DNA of 49,853 nucleotides from Octopus bimaculoides (taxonomy: Eukaryota), in NCBI RefSeq assembly GCF_001194135.2, contig NC_068999.1, positions 626,286-676,138 of the forward strand, written 5' to 3'. Shown here in pieces: positions 1-11,637 of this stretch. The position numbers and the translations under genes were made by a program. The number at the start of each line of letters is the position of its first letter. Position 1 is the stretch's first letter. The notes under the pieces are model-generated. The model was not told the DNA's origin. It did not search any database and saw only the letters and a list, made by a program, of their open reading frames with translations.

Positions 1-57
<57 letters not shown>

Positions 58-58
58 T
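1..58. repeat. (TA)n(GA)n compound microsatellite
   Basis: Directly visible: (TA) run switching to (GA) at about position 40. Confidence 0.97.
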
Positions 59-693
59 ATGAACATAATTATGCATATATATAGGCACATACAAAGGCAA
101 GAATAAGAGAAATACAGAGAACTTCAACATAATCAAAAGCGCATACATATATATACACACACACGCACACACACACACACACATATTACATATATATATA
201 TATTAATATATAAATAAATATATACATATTTATCTATGTGTGTGCTTGTATGTGTGTCCGTCTGTTTGTATGAATGTATGTACGTATGTATGTGCAAGTT
301 TGCATGCGCGTGTATAGACAAGAGCGTTCCAATATTTTGTTTTATCAATCTAATTGTCTCTCGCTATGAAAAACTTTTACAATATATTAAATATATGTTC
401 TTTTATTGCGGAAGTTTATAGTTTACATGAAGCCAGCCATTGTTGTATAGTGTTAACTGACAAACATTATATTAAGAGTTGCGAGACATCTTTGAAATGA
501 GCACAGCCAATAACTGAACAATTCATCGATCTTTTCTTTACGTTTGACTTATTATTATAATAAATTTTACTTACTTTTGTCTATATTTTTATTTTTATAA
601 TTGGTATTGAGGTTATTGTTGTTATTGGTGTCAGTCTCCTACCCAACCCTGTGTAAGTACTTCTATGATGAAAGCCCGTCTCCTCTTGTTCTC

Positions 694-904
694 CTTGGCA
701 GAATTGATACCGTCCCGGGCTTAAAATGCTTAGAGTCATTTTGTCTTTCTTCGTGTTCTGATTTCAAATTCTGCCTAGGTTGACTTTGCCATTCATGATT
801 TCGTGGTCGTTAGAACAAGTAACATTTGAGTACTGGGGTCGATGTAGTCAACTTATTCCCTCCTTCGCAAGTGCCGAAATTGTGCCAAGATTATTATTAT
901 TATT
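694..904 (+). mobile_element. Decayed tRNA-derived SINE copy
   Basis: Head TTGGCAGAATT, B-box-like CTGATTTCAAATTC, body GAGTACTGGGGTCGATGTAGTCAACTT, 3' TTGTGCCAAG followed by an (ATT)n tail. The same motif order recurs at 28600-28806 and 33456-33625. Confidence 0.8.
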
Positions 905-1244
905 ACGCTCATGCGCACCAGTCGTAACTAGAATGTTAACCGAGGAAAAAAGAAATAAATAAATAGATAGACAAAGAAAGAAAGAAAGAAAGAAAGAAAG
1001 CATTAACTACATGAAAATCCCATTAGCGATTGCTTTAACTTCATCAGTTTCAACCCGGCATCCGTAAAAGTATAGGAACTTTTATTTGTCACAAGCGTGT
1101 ACATAAAATATAAATGAAGCAATTTCTATCATCGACTCTAAACAATATATGTAAACTAAAGTGACGTAATACATCGATGGCCTGCATTCTTGTATCGGAC
1201 ATATATTTGTATGGGATGAACAGAGAAATCGAAAAGGGGAGTGT

Positions 1245-1395
1245 GTTTGTGTGTTTGTTTGTGGCGTTGTTAGCTAACTCCTCATACATCGTTGTATTGA
1301 AACTTGGCACGTGAGTAGAGCTCATGTTTGGAAACCTCGTGACATACTTAGATTGTGGAAAAAAATCCATAATATGGCCCCTGGAGGGGACCTTT
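1245..1395 (+). mobile_element. Possible Helentron-associated (DINE-1/HINE-like) non-autonomous fragment
   Basis: GT-rich simple tract, then TTGAAACTTGGCAC (1297-1310), then a GC hairpin GG-CCCC-tgga-GGGG-a-CC (1376-1392) before a T-rich run. Architecture resembles HINEs; family assignment is inference. Confidence 0.35.
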
Positions 1396-1884
1396 ATATC
1401 TACCTCCTATTACTAATTTTTAAAAAATAGCCAATAGCACTGTACAATATTTATTTTAAACACTCAATGAGAGTAGATAAATTTTTTATTCCACAACGTA
1501 TTTGTAGTGTGGCTTCATGCAGGCATAGCGTGGATTCGATCCTCGATTGCCAAATTTCACTTAACACTTCAACAGCGCTTTTCTTACGATAAAACAATAG
1601 ATTTTCTGGGAATGACAGCAGTTATATATTTCCCAGATGCTTTTGCTTAGCAGAATGACTTTGCCTCTCGCCAACCTCCGAAAACCTCTCTCGCCAATCT
1701 CCAACAATCTCTCCCTCCTCCAGCTGACAGATTTTTGTACTTTTTCGTGACGGAAAATATACCTTTTGTGGCAGTTATAACGAAATTGCTTTCTTATATC
1801 AGAGTAATAAGGTGTTTGAATAGAACAACTTTACCCCCGAGAATTACCGGGTACACCAGCTAGTAAATAAATAAATAAAAAAAT

Positions 1885-1960
1885 TCCCAAGGTTCCACTC
1901 ATTGGGATCGAACACGGACGCACATGATAACTTCTTAACTATTATGCTATGTCGATACTT
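1885..1960 (-). mobile_element. tRNA-like SINE 5' head fragment
   Basis: Minus strand reads ...TAGTTAAGAAG...GTGTTCGATCCCAATGAGTGGAACCTTGGG, i.e. A-box-like and B-box (GTTCGATCCC) motifs, with no full cloverleaf. Confidence 0.5.
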
Positions 1961-2139
1961 CTAAGCATAGTGAGTATTTTGTATCCGCCATGTTTGAGGG
2001 AAAGAGAAAGAAATCACTTTTGCATTTTAGTTCATAATATAAACAGATGTAACTAATTAATGCACGGTAATTAATTAATTAAATAATACAAGTTGATTAC
2101 TTAGATACTCTGTCATTTCTAATAACATTTCTCTCTTCA

Positions 2140-2225
2140 AGCTTGCACGTAGTGGCTGCAATTGCTAGAAATATCAACTAAATCTGCCTTGAATTACACC
2201 GTCATAGCTTAAAGGTGGAAAAGAT
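2140..2225 (+). mobile_element. Interspersed repeat fragment (second SINE-like family)
   Basis: CTAGAAATATCAACTAAATCTGCCTTGAATTACACC resembles the reverse complements at about 10455-10490 and 37860-37900. Confidence 0.45.
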
Positions 2226-3353
2226 CTCATAAGAGACAATAATGTAGATAATTACATTTGACCGTATTTTAACTCGGTTACCTCGGATATGAGTGGAAGA
2301 AGCAGCAGTGGCAGCAGTGGCGATATTAGCCACAACGACGACGACGAGCGTTCGTAAATAATTACTACCTCAGCAAATGAACAGAAACGTGTAATTCGAT
2401 TCAATCTGCTCAAACTTTCGACTCGTCCATATTTTTTTTTTTTTAACAGAATAAGATTTGCTATGATCGAGATATTCGATACAATTCTTAGTGCGTAGAT
2501 CGGCGTCATAGATGACTTTTCCCTATAGGCATTGAAGAGCCAATCATTATGTAGCACGTCAAGATGTTTGAGTGCACAAATTAGTACAGCTGTTGGTAGA
2601 TCGTTTGTTTAATTTATAGCTGAGTTCAAATCGGCGAGATAGAGTGTCAGTTTATTTTTTTCTGGTATTTGACTTTTGATTTTAATCCATTTGTGGCCAA
2701 ATCTCGAGAAAGAGCTGGGGATTAACAGAAATGATGAGAGCTAGCGTCTTTTCAGTATCTATTTCCGATCTGTGAGTTTCGCTTTCAAACTCCGGCATGC
2801 ATCGATAAAACACTCGTAACGAGAAACAGTAAGGATATTAAACCTTGTATGACGGAACCTCCAACGCATCGCTTGAACAACATAATTGTGGCTTCAACGA
2901 TCATCTAAATTGACGCATTATGCACAAAGATAAAGGCTGAAACAGAAAAGACACAAATGAAAATACTATGGTTGTTGATTTTGTATTTCATTTGCCGGGA
3001 TCAATTAAGTAAAAAAATATCAATTAAAAACTTGTATCGATCAAAGCAATTAGATTTCTCTACAACAACAAAATATAACTAGATGCAGCTCAAAAATATA
3101 ACTAGATGCAGAATCGAAATAAAAGATCGTTAAAGATCCAATGAACAATTTCAATAAATTTGAGATGCACAGAAGAGACAAAATGTGACAATATGAGTTC
3201 ATTTTGATGATCTCACTAATCAAAGTAATCATTCAAGTCACAACAGCTTAGCAGCCTAACTTTTAATGATCCTATGACACTGAATTACCGTTTGGGAAAG
3301 TAATACAATTGGTTTAATCATTACTAGGTAACTGAATGCCTCCTATTCAATAG

Positions 3354-3420
3354 GATCCAGAAGGAATGATATAAAACGATTAGTTTGGAGAAATCTGAAT
3401 TTTAAAAAACGCAAACTTCG
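3354..3420 (+). CDS. Candidate internal exon, 67 nt, (G)SRRNDIKRLVWRNLNFKKRKL(R)
   Basis: Bounded by ctattcaatAG and CG|GTAAAT; only one frame is open. The acceptor pyrimidine tract is modest. Unconfirmed. Confidence 0.2.
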
Positions 3421-4210
3421 GTAAATAAATCACAGTTAATTTTATACAGAGTCTATCATTGCTAAAACATTTTCTGACATTGGTGCACTACCTGCAATAT
3501 AGCAGAGGGAGGATGCACAATTAAATGAGCTTCAGTAGTTACTAGTTATCTTCATTCGTATTGTTACAAGAAAGGATCCAGCATTTCTCTTGGTTTCCAC
3601 ACTTTGTCCACAGCTTTTTGCTTCTGAGGATATCATTTCTGCAGGGAAGTTACGCCTAAGCAGTTATATCACCGAACGTACTGAAGACGGGAATATACTG
3701 AGTAAAATCTGAAAGACGTTTGAAGCGCTGTAACTTATTAATGCTATGACTAGGGCATTTCACACGAAAATAAAAGCAATGCGGACCAGTCGCCGTATTC
3801 TCTATTGTTATAGTTATTCCACACACGCACACACGCACACAGATATATATGTGTACACACACACACACACACGCACGCACGCATGTGCTGGTATAGGTGA
3901 GCTAAGATGCACGTATGTACAGGCAGCTGGGTGGGTCTAAGTCTGCTTTTACATTTGTACTTAATTACGAAGCCACAGTTCTGCAGCACGTGCTGTCTGA
4001 GATATGAATAGACGGAACCACGTGTTGGGACATACACACACAAACGCACACATGCAGAAACCTATGCACATGCAATTTACGAGCACACAAACAGACACAT
4101 GCATATTCATGCGTGTGTGTGTGTGTCTGTGGATGTATGCGCAATTATATGTAAAAATACACTTATGTGTCTGTATGTGCGTATATATATATATATATAT
4201 ATATATATAT

Positions 4211-4410
4211 NNNNNNNNNNNNNNNNNNNNNNNNNNNNNNNNNNNNNNNNNNNNNNNNNNNNNNNNNNNNNNNNNNNNNNNNNNNNNNNNNNNNNNNNNN
4301 NNNNNNNNNNNNNNNNNNNNNNNNNNNNNNNNNNNNNNNNNNNNNNNNNNNNNNNNNNNNNNNNNNNNNNNNNNNNNNNNNNNNNNNNNNNNNNNNNNNN
4401 NNNNNNNNNN
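4211..4410. other. Assembly gap (200 N) between (TA)n runs
   Basis: N-run seen directly. Confidence 0.99.
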
Positions 4411-4493
4411 TATATATGTATATATATAAATATATATATACATACATACGAACATATAAATGTATCTACACATATATATTTTATGCATGCATA

Positions 4494-4536
<43 letters not shown>

Positions 4537-4865
4537 ATGCATTTAGTTAAATAGACCATTTTCAATTGAATAGGAAGCCGAAACTCCGCTGAGAATATTC
4601 CTTCTGGTATGAATAGGAAGCAATATACATTGTGAGCCAATTATGATTTATCTCGATACCAGGACACAATGTTATCATCTGTGCAGGGGAGGCGGTCGTT
4701 TGGCGGGTTTCTATTAACGGCACATACACTCGCCTCATTTATGCAAACGAAGAAGTAGTTGTATTAGGAACACCAGGAGTAGCAGTAATAATACTAGTGT
4801 AACTAGTACTATTAGTAAAGTTGTAGTAGATATTCTATAAGAATATTAGTTGTGATAAGGGATAT

Positions 4866-4920
4866 TGTAGTAGTAGTACTACTACTACTACTAGCAGCAG
4901 CAGCAGCAGTTGCAGTAGTG

Positions 4921-4980
<60 letters not shown>
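4866..4980. repeat. Compound trinucleotide microsatellite (TAG/CTA/CAG/TAG)
   Basis: Seen directly. Confidence 0.95.
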
Positions 4981-4981
<1 letters not shown>

Positions 4982-5072
4982 GTTTAAAATTAGTGCGTCT
5001 TGATAGTTGTAGGCGTGATAGTTTGAATAACATTATACTTTATTTTAACAGTAACAAATAACTGCACGATTA

Positions 5073-5088
5073 TGCACACACACACACA

Positions 5089-5140
<52 letters not shown>

Positions 5141-5160
5141 CATACACACAGATACATGCA

Positions 5161-5192
<32 letters not shown>
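5073..5192. repeat. (CA)n/(TA)n compound microsatellite
   Basis: Seen directly. Confidence 0.95.
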
Positions 5193-5195
<3 letters not shown>

Positions 5196-5357
5196 GTTTC
5201 TGTATTTGGTTTGCACGATTCCTTATATATATACAGAGTGCAATAGTTAAATTTTCGCCATTTTATACTTTTTATTTCGCGCCTGTGCATTGTTGATTTT
5301 GTCGACTACACAATATAGTCGAGTCAGTTTGGCACCGTCTGCGAGAAAAACAGCACC

Positions 5358-5748
5358 ATGACGCAATTCATTCTGCCAAGTATTTGGCATTCGCACCGGA
5401 AGCTCTAATACGAAAAATTCAGAGTGTTTGCGTGACAATCTGAGGACATGTACCGAGAGTGATAAAAGTCAAACATGCTTTCAGCATCAGGGTGTTAGGA
5501 GTGATCACCAGTGATGGCGACGTTATGCTTCCATTCATCTTCCCACACGGCCTCACACTCAACACCGATGCCTGGATGATGTAGTGCTGCCCTGGGTCAA
5601 GTGTGTGGCTGCTGGGAGACCCTATGTCCAGCAACAGGACTTTGCACCATGCCACACAGGGAGGGAAAGCCAGTCATATCTGCCAGGCAATTTCTGCGAC
5701 TACATCACCCCTAAATTCTGGTCACCTCCCTTCCCCGACTGCTACCCC
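5358..5748 (+). mobile_element. Tc1/mariner-superfamily (maT/DD37D-like) transposase remnant, internally deleted and frameshifted
   Basis: Joined frames give an HTH-like GIRTGSSNTKNSECLRDNLRT, then PRVIKVKHAFSIRVLGVITSDGDVMLPFIFPHGLTLNTDA (from 5453), then VVLPWVKCVAAGRPYVQQQDFAPCH...ITPKFWSPPFPDCYP. These match the QQD-x-AP-x-H and WPPNSPDLNP motifs of Tc1/mariner catalytic domains. Confidence 0.9.
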
Positions 5749-6139
5749 CATGTTTTCCTTGCTGTGTTGCTGTTTCATACAACTCTGTAGTGAAACGCTG
5801 TCTAGTTAATCGCTTCACTACTTAGTAATAGCAGTCGCCTCTACTAGAAATGAAACTACCAGAATGGTCACTGCCGTAAAGCTTTTAATCATGCCTGACC
5901 TGTTAGGATTTACCTGTGGCTAAAACTACAAAACCACCATCACTGCCTACACCACCACCGCCACCATCACTACCACCGCCAATAGCATTAGACAGCAATG
6001 AACTAGTGTAACAAATTACCGCATTCTTTCGTTGCAGTTATTAAGAATGCTGTTTGTTTCTTGTCCTCGTATTGTTGCATGTTATTGTCTGACATAGCTA
6101 CGGTTCTCTTATTTAATAGCCTCTTAGCATGAAAGGTAC

Positions 6140-6325
<186 letters not shown>

Positions 6326-6944
6326 CATGCACATACACACCACCCATATACATATTCCATCTGTACACACATACAGACATATATTTATAGACACATACAT
6401 ACACATACACACATTAGGCAGACGATCACTACCCTTTTTTCCACACTTGTGTTGATTAGATAAATTTTCCTGTAGATAATAAGTATCTAGAGACATCGTC
6501 GTTGTATAGATTGCATTAATTTAGCCTCTAATTAATGTTGTTGTTGATGTTACTATTATGGTTTTTTTACTGTTATTGCTGTGGAATTGGTGGTAGTCGA
6601 CTTTTATTCCAATCGTAAAGAGTTTCTGTCAAACACCCCTGCCTACACCATTTCTTTCTTTATGGTTTAGATTTTTTAAAACCTACCTTATTGTTGCACG
6701 ATATTCTTTAGTTTAATCTTTGATTTGTTTTCAGACATAGTTTATAGTTTGAGTGTGATTTAACTGCTATTTCTTGTTCAATTAATTCTGCAAATAGGCT
6801 TCCGTGAAAGGTTTAGAGTCGAACGTATGTATTGATGGGAAGCTGTCTAGTTTCGATTAACGAATAATGATTAATATCGCTTGTAATTTGAAAACAGGGC
6901 TAGAAGTTTGGATGATATGGGGCTTCGTTACATACCTCGACTTA

Positions 6945-7075
6945 CAATATACTGGTAATATTTTAATTCAGAGACTTGCGAGAAATTAAACGCAATGTTT
7001 AGCGCAATTTGACCTCAGAATGTAGCTGACAGAGAGAATATATCAAGTCATTTTGTCTTACGTTCTTACAACTCT
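6945..7075 (-). mobile_element. Highly decayed SINE copy
   Basis: Contains AATTTGACCTCAGAATGTAG, the reverse of the SINE B-box region seen at about 765 and 28670, plus matching flanking motifs. Confidence 0.55.
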
Positions 7076-7430
7076 TTTAATGGAAGGCCCTCGATGACAA
7101 TACCCTGTTATTTGAATATTGAGAATTTGCTGGAAACTTGGGGAGACAATATTCCATCGAATGTCACCGAAACTCTATTAGATTCAGTGTTTTGTAGTTG
7201 TCTTCCGTTTCGTTATTGTGGCAAATGGTGTGTTCTAACACGTGATTGGTTGTTCATAAATATTTATTAAATGCTACTTTTTATCTTTCCACCAACACAT
7301 ACTGCACATGAAGCTTACTGTGGTTATACAAATTAATGTCTACCTTCAATAATTTATATCAACTTCCACTGACTGAGCTTGCTGAGACATATTGAACCCG
7401 AGCCCGTCATTCATCTCTGTCCTGCATTAG

Positions 7431-7467
7431 TTGAGGGAGGTCTTAGGAGATGCGGTCAGTGTTACTG
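7431..7467 (+). CDS. Candidate 37-nt exon (LREVLGDAVSVT or EGGLRRCGQCY)
   Basis: Acceptor catctctgtcctgcattAG and donor CTG|GTGAGT; two frames are open. No product recognised. Confidence 0.25.
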
Positions 7468-7837
7468 GTGAGTTGATCTACCTACGTTTTGTTCGGACCA
7501 CCTGCTCAAATACGTCAATGCTTCTATCATCAATATTTATATTTATATTAACAATTTTGTTGTTAATATTATGCTTAGGGTTTCTTCTTTTTATAGGTTT
7601 TATGTTTATGGAATCCAAGCTAGACGGAAAAAAGCCCATCAATGCAAAGAGCAGTCTTAAAACTTCATGATACGCATTGAAGTGCAAATATTGAATAACA
7701 TCAATCAGCCGAAACGCAGTGTGGGTAATATGAATGAACTTATTAATTTGACTGGACTATAGTAATAATTGCTTACGCTATGTATGTATTTTCCGTTTTC
7801 ATGAAATTTATAAACTTTATACACACACACACACACG

Positions 7838-7872
<35 letters not shown>

Positions 7873-7939
7873 GAGTATATGTGCCCTTGTTTATTCTTCA
7901 CCACCGTTTAACAACGGGATAAGTTTTATACGGACTCGT

Positions 7940-8041
7940 AAGATAACTACTAGGGGTCGATTCATTCGACTAAAAACTCCTCAAGGTGATGCTTCAGCAT
8001 GGCTGCAATATAATGAGTGAAACATTTAAAAGATAAAAGAT
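7940..8041 (+). mobile_element. SINE 3' half
   Basis: GGGGTCGATTCATTCGACTAAAAA body motif, related to the 830-855 copy, followed by CAGCATGGCTGCA...AAAAGATAAAAGA, a different 3' end type. Confidence 0.7.
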
Positions 8042-8194
8042 ATACGTATATATCTATCATATTTAAGGATATCGAAGCACAGCAAATCTTCTTTTGCTGT
8101 TGCGTAATATGAGGTTAAGAACTGCATCTTGAAGAATCAGTTATCTACAAGGAAGAGCTAACACGTGGGTACAATGCTGATGTCTAGTACTCAC

Positions 8195-8316
8195 CTGGTA
8201 TTGAAGTAGATTAAATAATTGCACGTCGAACTGAGTTTGTCAAGGTCGCTGAGTGCATCGACGGTAAGAACAAACCAATTACTTCCAATTTCCTTCATAG
8301 ACCAAGATCCTATCGT
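8195..8316 (-). CDS. Candidate 122-nt exon, TIGSWSMKEIGSNWFVLTVDALSDLDKLSSTCNYLIYFNT+AG
   Basis: Long pyrimidine tract ending tttttggtttAG, donor CAG|GTGAGT, one open frame (phase 0 to 2). The 3' part may be SINE-derived. No family recognised. Confidence 0.35.
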
Positions 8317-8754
8317 CTAAACCAAAAATTTGAAGTGTGAACAGAACAATAATCAGAAAAGAAGGAAAATTTAAAACACACTAATTTACTACAACTGCAA
8401 CCAGAGCCACCATTACTGGAACAACAACAGCACCAAAAGCAGCAGCAGCGATAACAACCATCACAACGGCGACGACAAAAACAACAACGAAACGATGACA
8501 AGAAACAACAAAAACAACAACGACAGCAATATTATTGGTTAGTATAAAAGCAAATAAGAATTCCGTTATTTGGTAAAGAAAATATCATTAAGATAAATTA
8601 ATACATCGCTCCTTATATTCATATTCAATTCAACGCTGGACGTGGTTTTTCCACTGGAATTCAATTACAAAATCTAATTTGATTTTTCCTACATATACAC
8701 GCAGGAAAAACACACACATGTACACTCACAAGCACGTATACACGCACAAGCACA

Positions 8755-8755
8755 G

Positions 8756-8788
<33 letters not shown>

Positions 8789-8933
8789 CACACACATACA
8801 CACACACACACACACACACGCGCATACACATATATTATATATTGATAAATAAATAGATAGATACAATATACATATATATATATACAGAAAGAGAGAGAGA
8901 GAAACAGACAGACAGATAGACTGATAGATAGTG

Positions 8934-8968
<35 letters not shown>
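8755..8968. repeat. (CA)n...(GA)(GACA)(GATA)n compound microsatellite region
   Basis: Seen directly. Confidence 0.93.
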
Positions 8969-8969
<1 letters not shown>

Positions 8970-10197
8970 GACTATGCTACATTCACTCACTCGTGCGCGC
9001 ACACACTGACACACATACATGTGTGTGCATATATGGTTCAAATACACAGAAAACAAAAGACAGAGAGGTAGAGTAACAACAAGCAAGTGTAACAGTTTGA
9101 CGCTCCGTAACAATGAAAAGTCTTCAATAGAAAGGAATAAGAAAGAAAAATGGTGACAGAAAGAAATGTGCGGCTATTAAAGATTTAAAGCAATAATGAA
9201 TCTTTGAGCGAAATATAAACAGCAGCAGCACGACGTCGTGATGTATATTTGCCACCTAAAAGTGTCTGATCCATTAGGAACGATGCTACGATAGCTTGTA
9301 GCCCTAGGAAGACATCTCCTCCAGCTGCCTATTGACACACTGTCCCTGCTCTAGCAGGATTTGCAAAGCAAAGTCATCGTTCTCATCTCCAGCCTGACGT
9401 GATACCCAGAAACACCAGTCTGTATGAGAGTCTGAGAGTCTGTTATTGTTGATTTCGGCAATGTTGGCCCTTGCCCAGCCACTGATCGAGTGTCAGCATG
9501 ATAAAAGAAACTCAAAATTGGTCATAGGATCATAAAGTTTTCAGATAGTGTATATGGAACTACAATGTTAAATTTATTTATGTAATTACTTATTAGTGAT
9601 GTTTAATATCTTTCGATTAGAATCGTATGCTTTTACACTACAGTTGTGCTCACTGTGGTTTGCAACTGAATACAGAAAGATAGATACGAGTATAGAATTC
9701 CGTCCGATGAACAGTGTTTGTAATTCATTGATTCATGTTTGTCAATCTGTGCCCTTCTGACTCTTCTCGATAATTACATCAAAGTTATGCCTTTCTGTGG
9801 AATATTCGGCCACTTGGAGCGCTAATTCAATGGGTTGGTCATCTACTTTATCGTACAGCTGTTGACTCATGAATCGACAACGGCGGAAACATCAATCATT
9901 TAAGGCGTCTTTCAATTTTTAAGACAATTTTGAATCATTACAGAGGGATTTGGTTACTATTTCTACCAAGTCGATTACAATCGTAGTGCATCTTGTCGTT
10001 TACTGTTGTGTGGTTTCAGTTGTGGTTGTTTGTGGTGTGTGTTGTCGATGCTGTTGTTGTTTGACCCTCGTTCTGTCGAAGACTTCCATATTACATCTTT
10101 CTTCGCACAGTAATAATGAGAGACTGACTTGCTATTTCTAGCACATAATTCGTCCTTTAATAGGGTCTGTTATTTGCTGGCATAAAAACAGCAGCAT

Positions 10198-10198
10198 T

Positions 10199-10273
<75 letters not shown>
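10198..10273. repeat. (CAG)n(TAG)n microsatellite
   Basis: Seen directly. Confidence 0.96.
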
Positions 10274-10274
<1 letters not shown>

Positions 10275-10577
10275 ATATGTTCTGTTGAATGTTATGTTGG
10301 TTGCGTTGATGTTATCCTTACACGCTAGACATTTTCGAATAGAGTTGTGACGCAAGACGCTCCAATCGCGAACATCCATTATATTATTCAGCTATAATTC
10401 TAACTATTTCGATATATTCTCTCATTGCTGGATTCTTTACACCAACATGAGTTGTGGTGTGAGGGAAATTTAGATGTTACCTCTTGCGTATCAAGGCGAA
10501 ACCCGAGACAGATTGAAGGGGTTGCTTCACTATCTAATTAATTCATTACTATATTTTGTTTATCTCACACCTATATG

Positions 10578-10619
<42 letters not shown>

Positions 10620-10846
10620 NNNNNNNNNNNNNNNNNNNNNNNNNNNNNNNNNNNNNNNNNNNNNNNNNNNNNNNNNNNNNNNNNNNNNNNNNNNNNNNNN
10701 NNNNNNNNNNNNNNNNNNNNNNNNNNNNNNNNNNNNNNNNNNNNNNNNNNNNNNNNNNNNNNNNNNNNNNNNNNNNNNNNNNNNNNNNNNNNNNNNNNNN
10801 NNNNNNNNNNNNNNNNNNNNNNNNNNNNNNNNNNNNNNNNNNNNNN
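10620..10846. other. Assembly gap between (TA)n and (TG)n
   Basis: N-run. Confidence 0.99.
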
Positions 10847-10903
<57 letters not shown>

Positions 10904-11216
10904 AAGCGTACATATACATATACACACATATATGCACTCATGTACACATACATACATAAATCGAGTGATTGCTGTAATGACTACATCCGTACCTGTGAAT
11001 TGCTAAAATAAAAATCTGGAGTCAATTAAAAACATCGCAGATGAGTGATTCCATCGGGTAAATGTGCGTCCGAGTGTAAACACTGCGGTTCACATCTCTT
11101 TGAATCGCCAACGTTTTCTCTAAGGATAGGAGGTTGTAGTTCCAGTTGATTAATTCTAAGCAGAAAATATCATTTTAGCATATTGACACTCCCACTTCTT
11201 TTTTATTTCCATTTAG

Positions 11217-11314
11217 AAAATACGTGATGGACTTTTCCGTTTGGATTGCAATTAAGAAACGTAATTGGAAGTGTACCGAAGGATGGCAATATTTCAACAA
11301 CGGTATAAGAACCG
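11217..11314 (+). CDS. Candidate 98-nt exon, KYVMDFSVWIAIKKRNWKCTEGWQYFNNGIRT
   Basis: Very strong acceptor (cccacttcttttttatttccatttAG), donor CCG|GTAAGA, only one open frame (phase 2 to 1). Unconfirmed. Confidence 0.35.
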
Positions 11315-11637
11315 GTAAGATTAGAAAATCGATTTCTATCACAGGTACATGTCCTTAAAATTTGGAAATGGGTCTAATCTTTATAAATGCCTCTTCCCGC
11401 GTCCTCGGGTGTATTGAAAGGTATTTACTCGGCAAACAACATTTAGTTACAATGTTTTGGATAAGCCGAGAATTTTTAAATTTAAAATAATGTTTCGGAA
11501 CTTGTAGTCAATTCAATAGGCTCGTTATAAGTGATGGCGATGGTAGGGTTGAAGAGAAAATCTGGTGCAATAGCTTTTACTAGTATAGACTGAAGAATTA
11601 TTTACTTATGCACATTGAACAAATACAATAACAATAC

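Noticed and set aside
5818-5892. Minus-strand ORF MIKSFTAVTILVVSFLVEATAITK*, signal-peptide-like
   Set aside because: Only 24 codons with a weak donor (AA|GTAGTG); hydrophobic ORFs are common in AT-rich DNA.
8195-8240. LSSTCNYLIYF resembling GPCR TM7 (NSxxNFxIY)
   Set aside because: The preceding residues (DALSDLDK) are too charged for a transmembrane helix.
9229-9240. 12-bp palindrome CACGACGTCGTG
   Set aside because: Several palindromes of this length are expected by chance in 50 kb.
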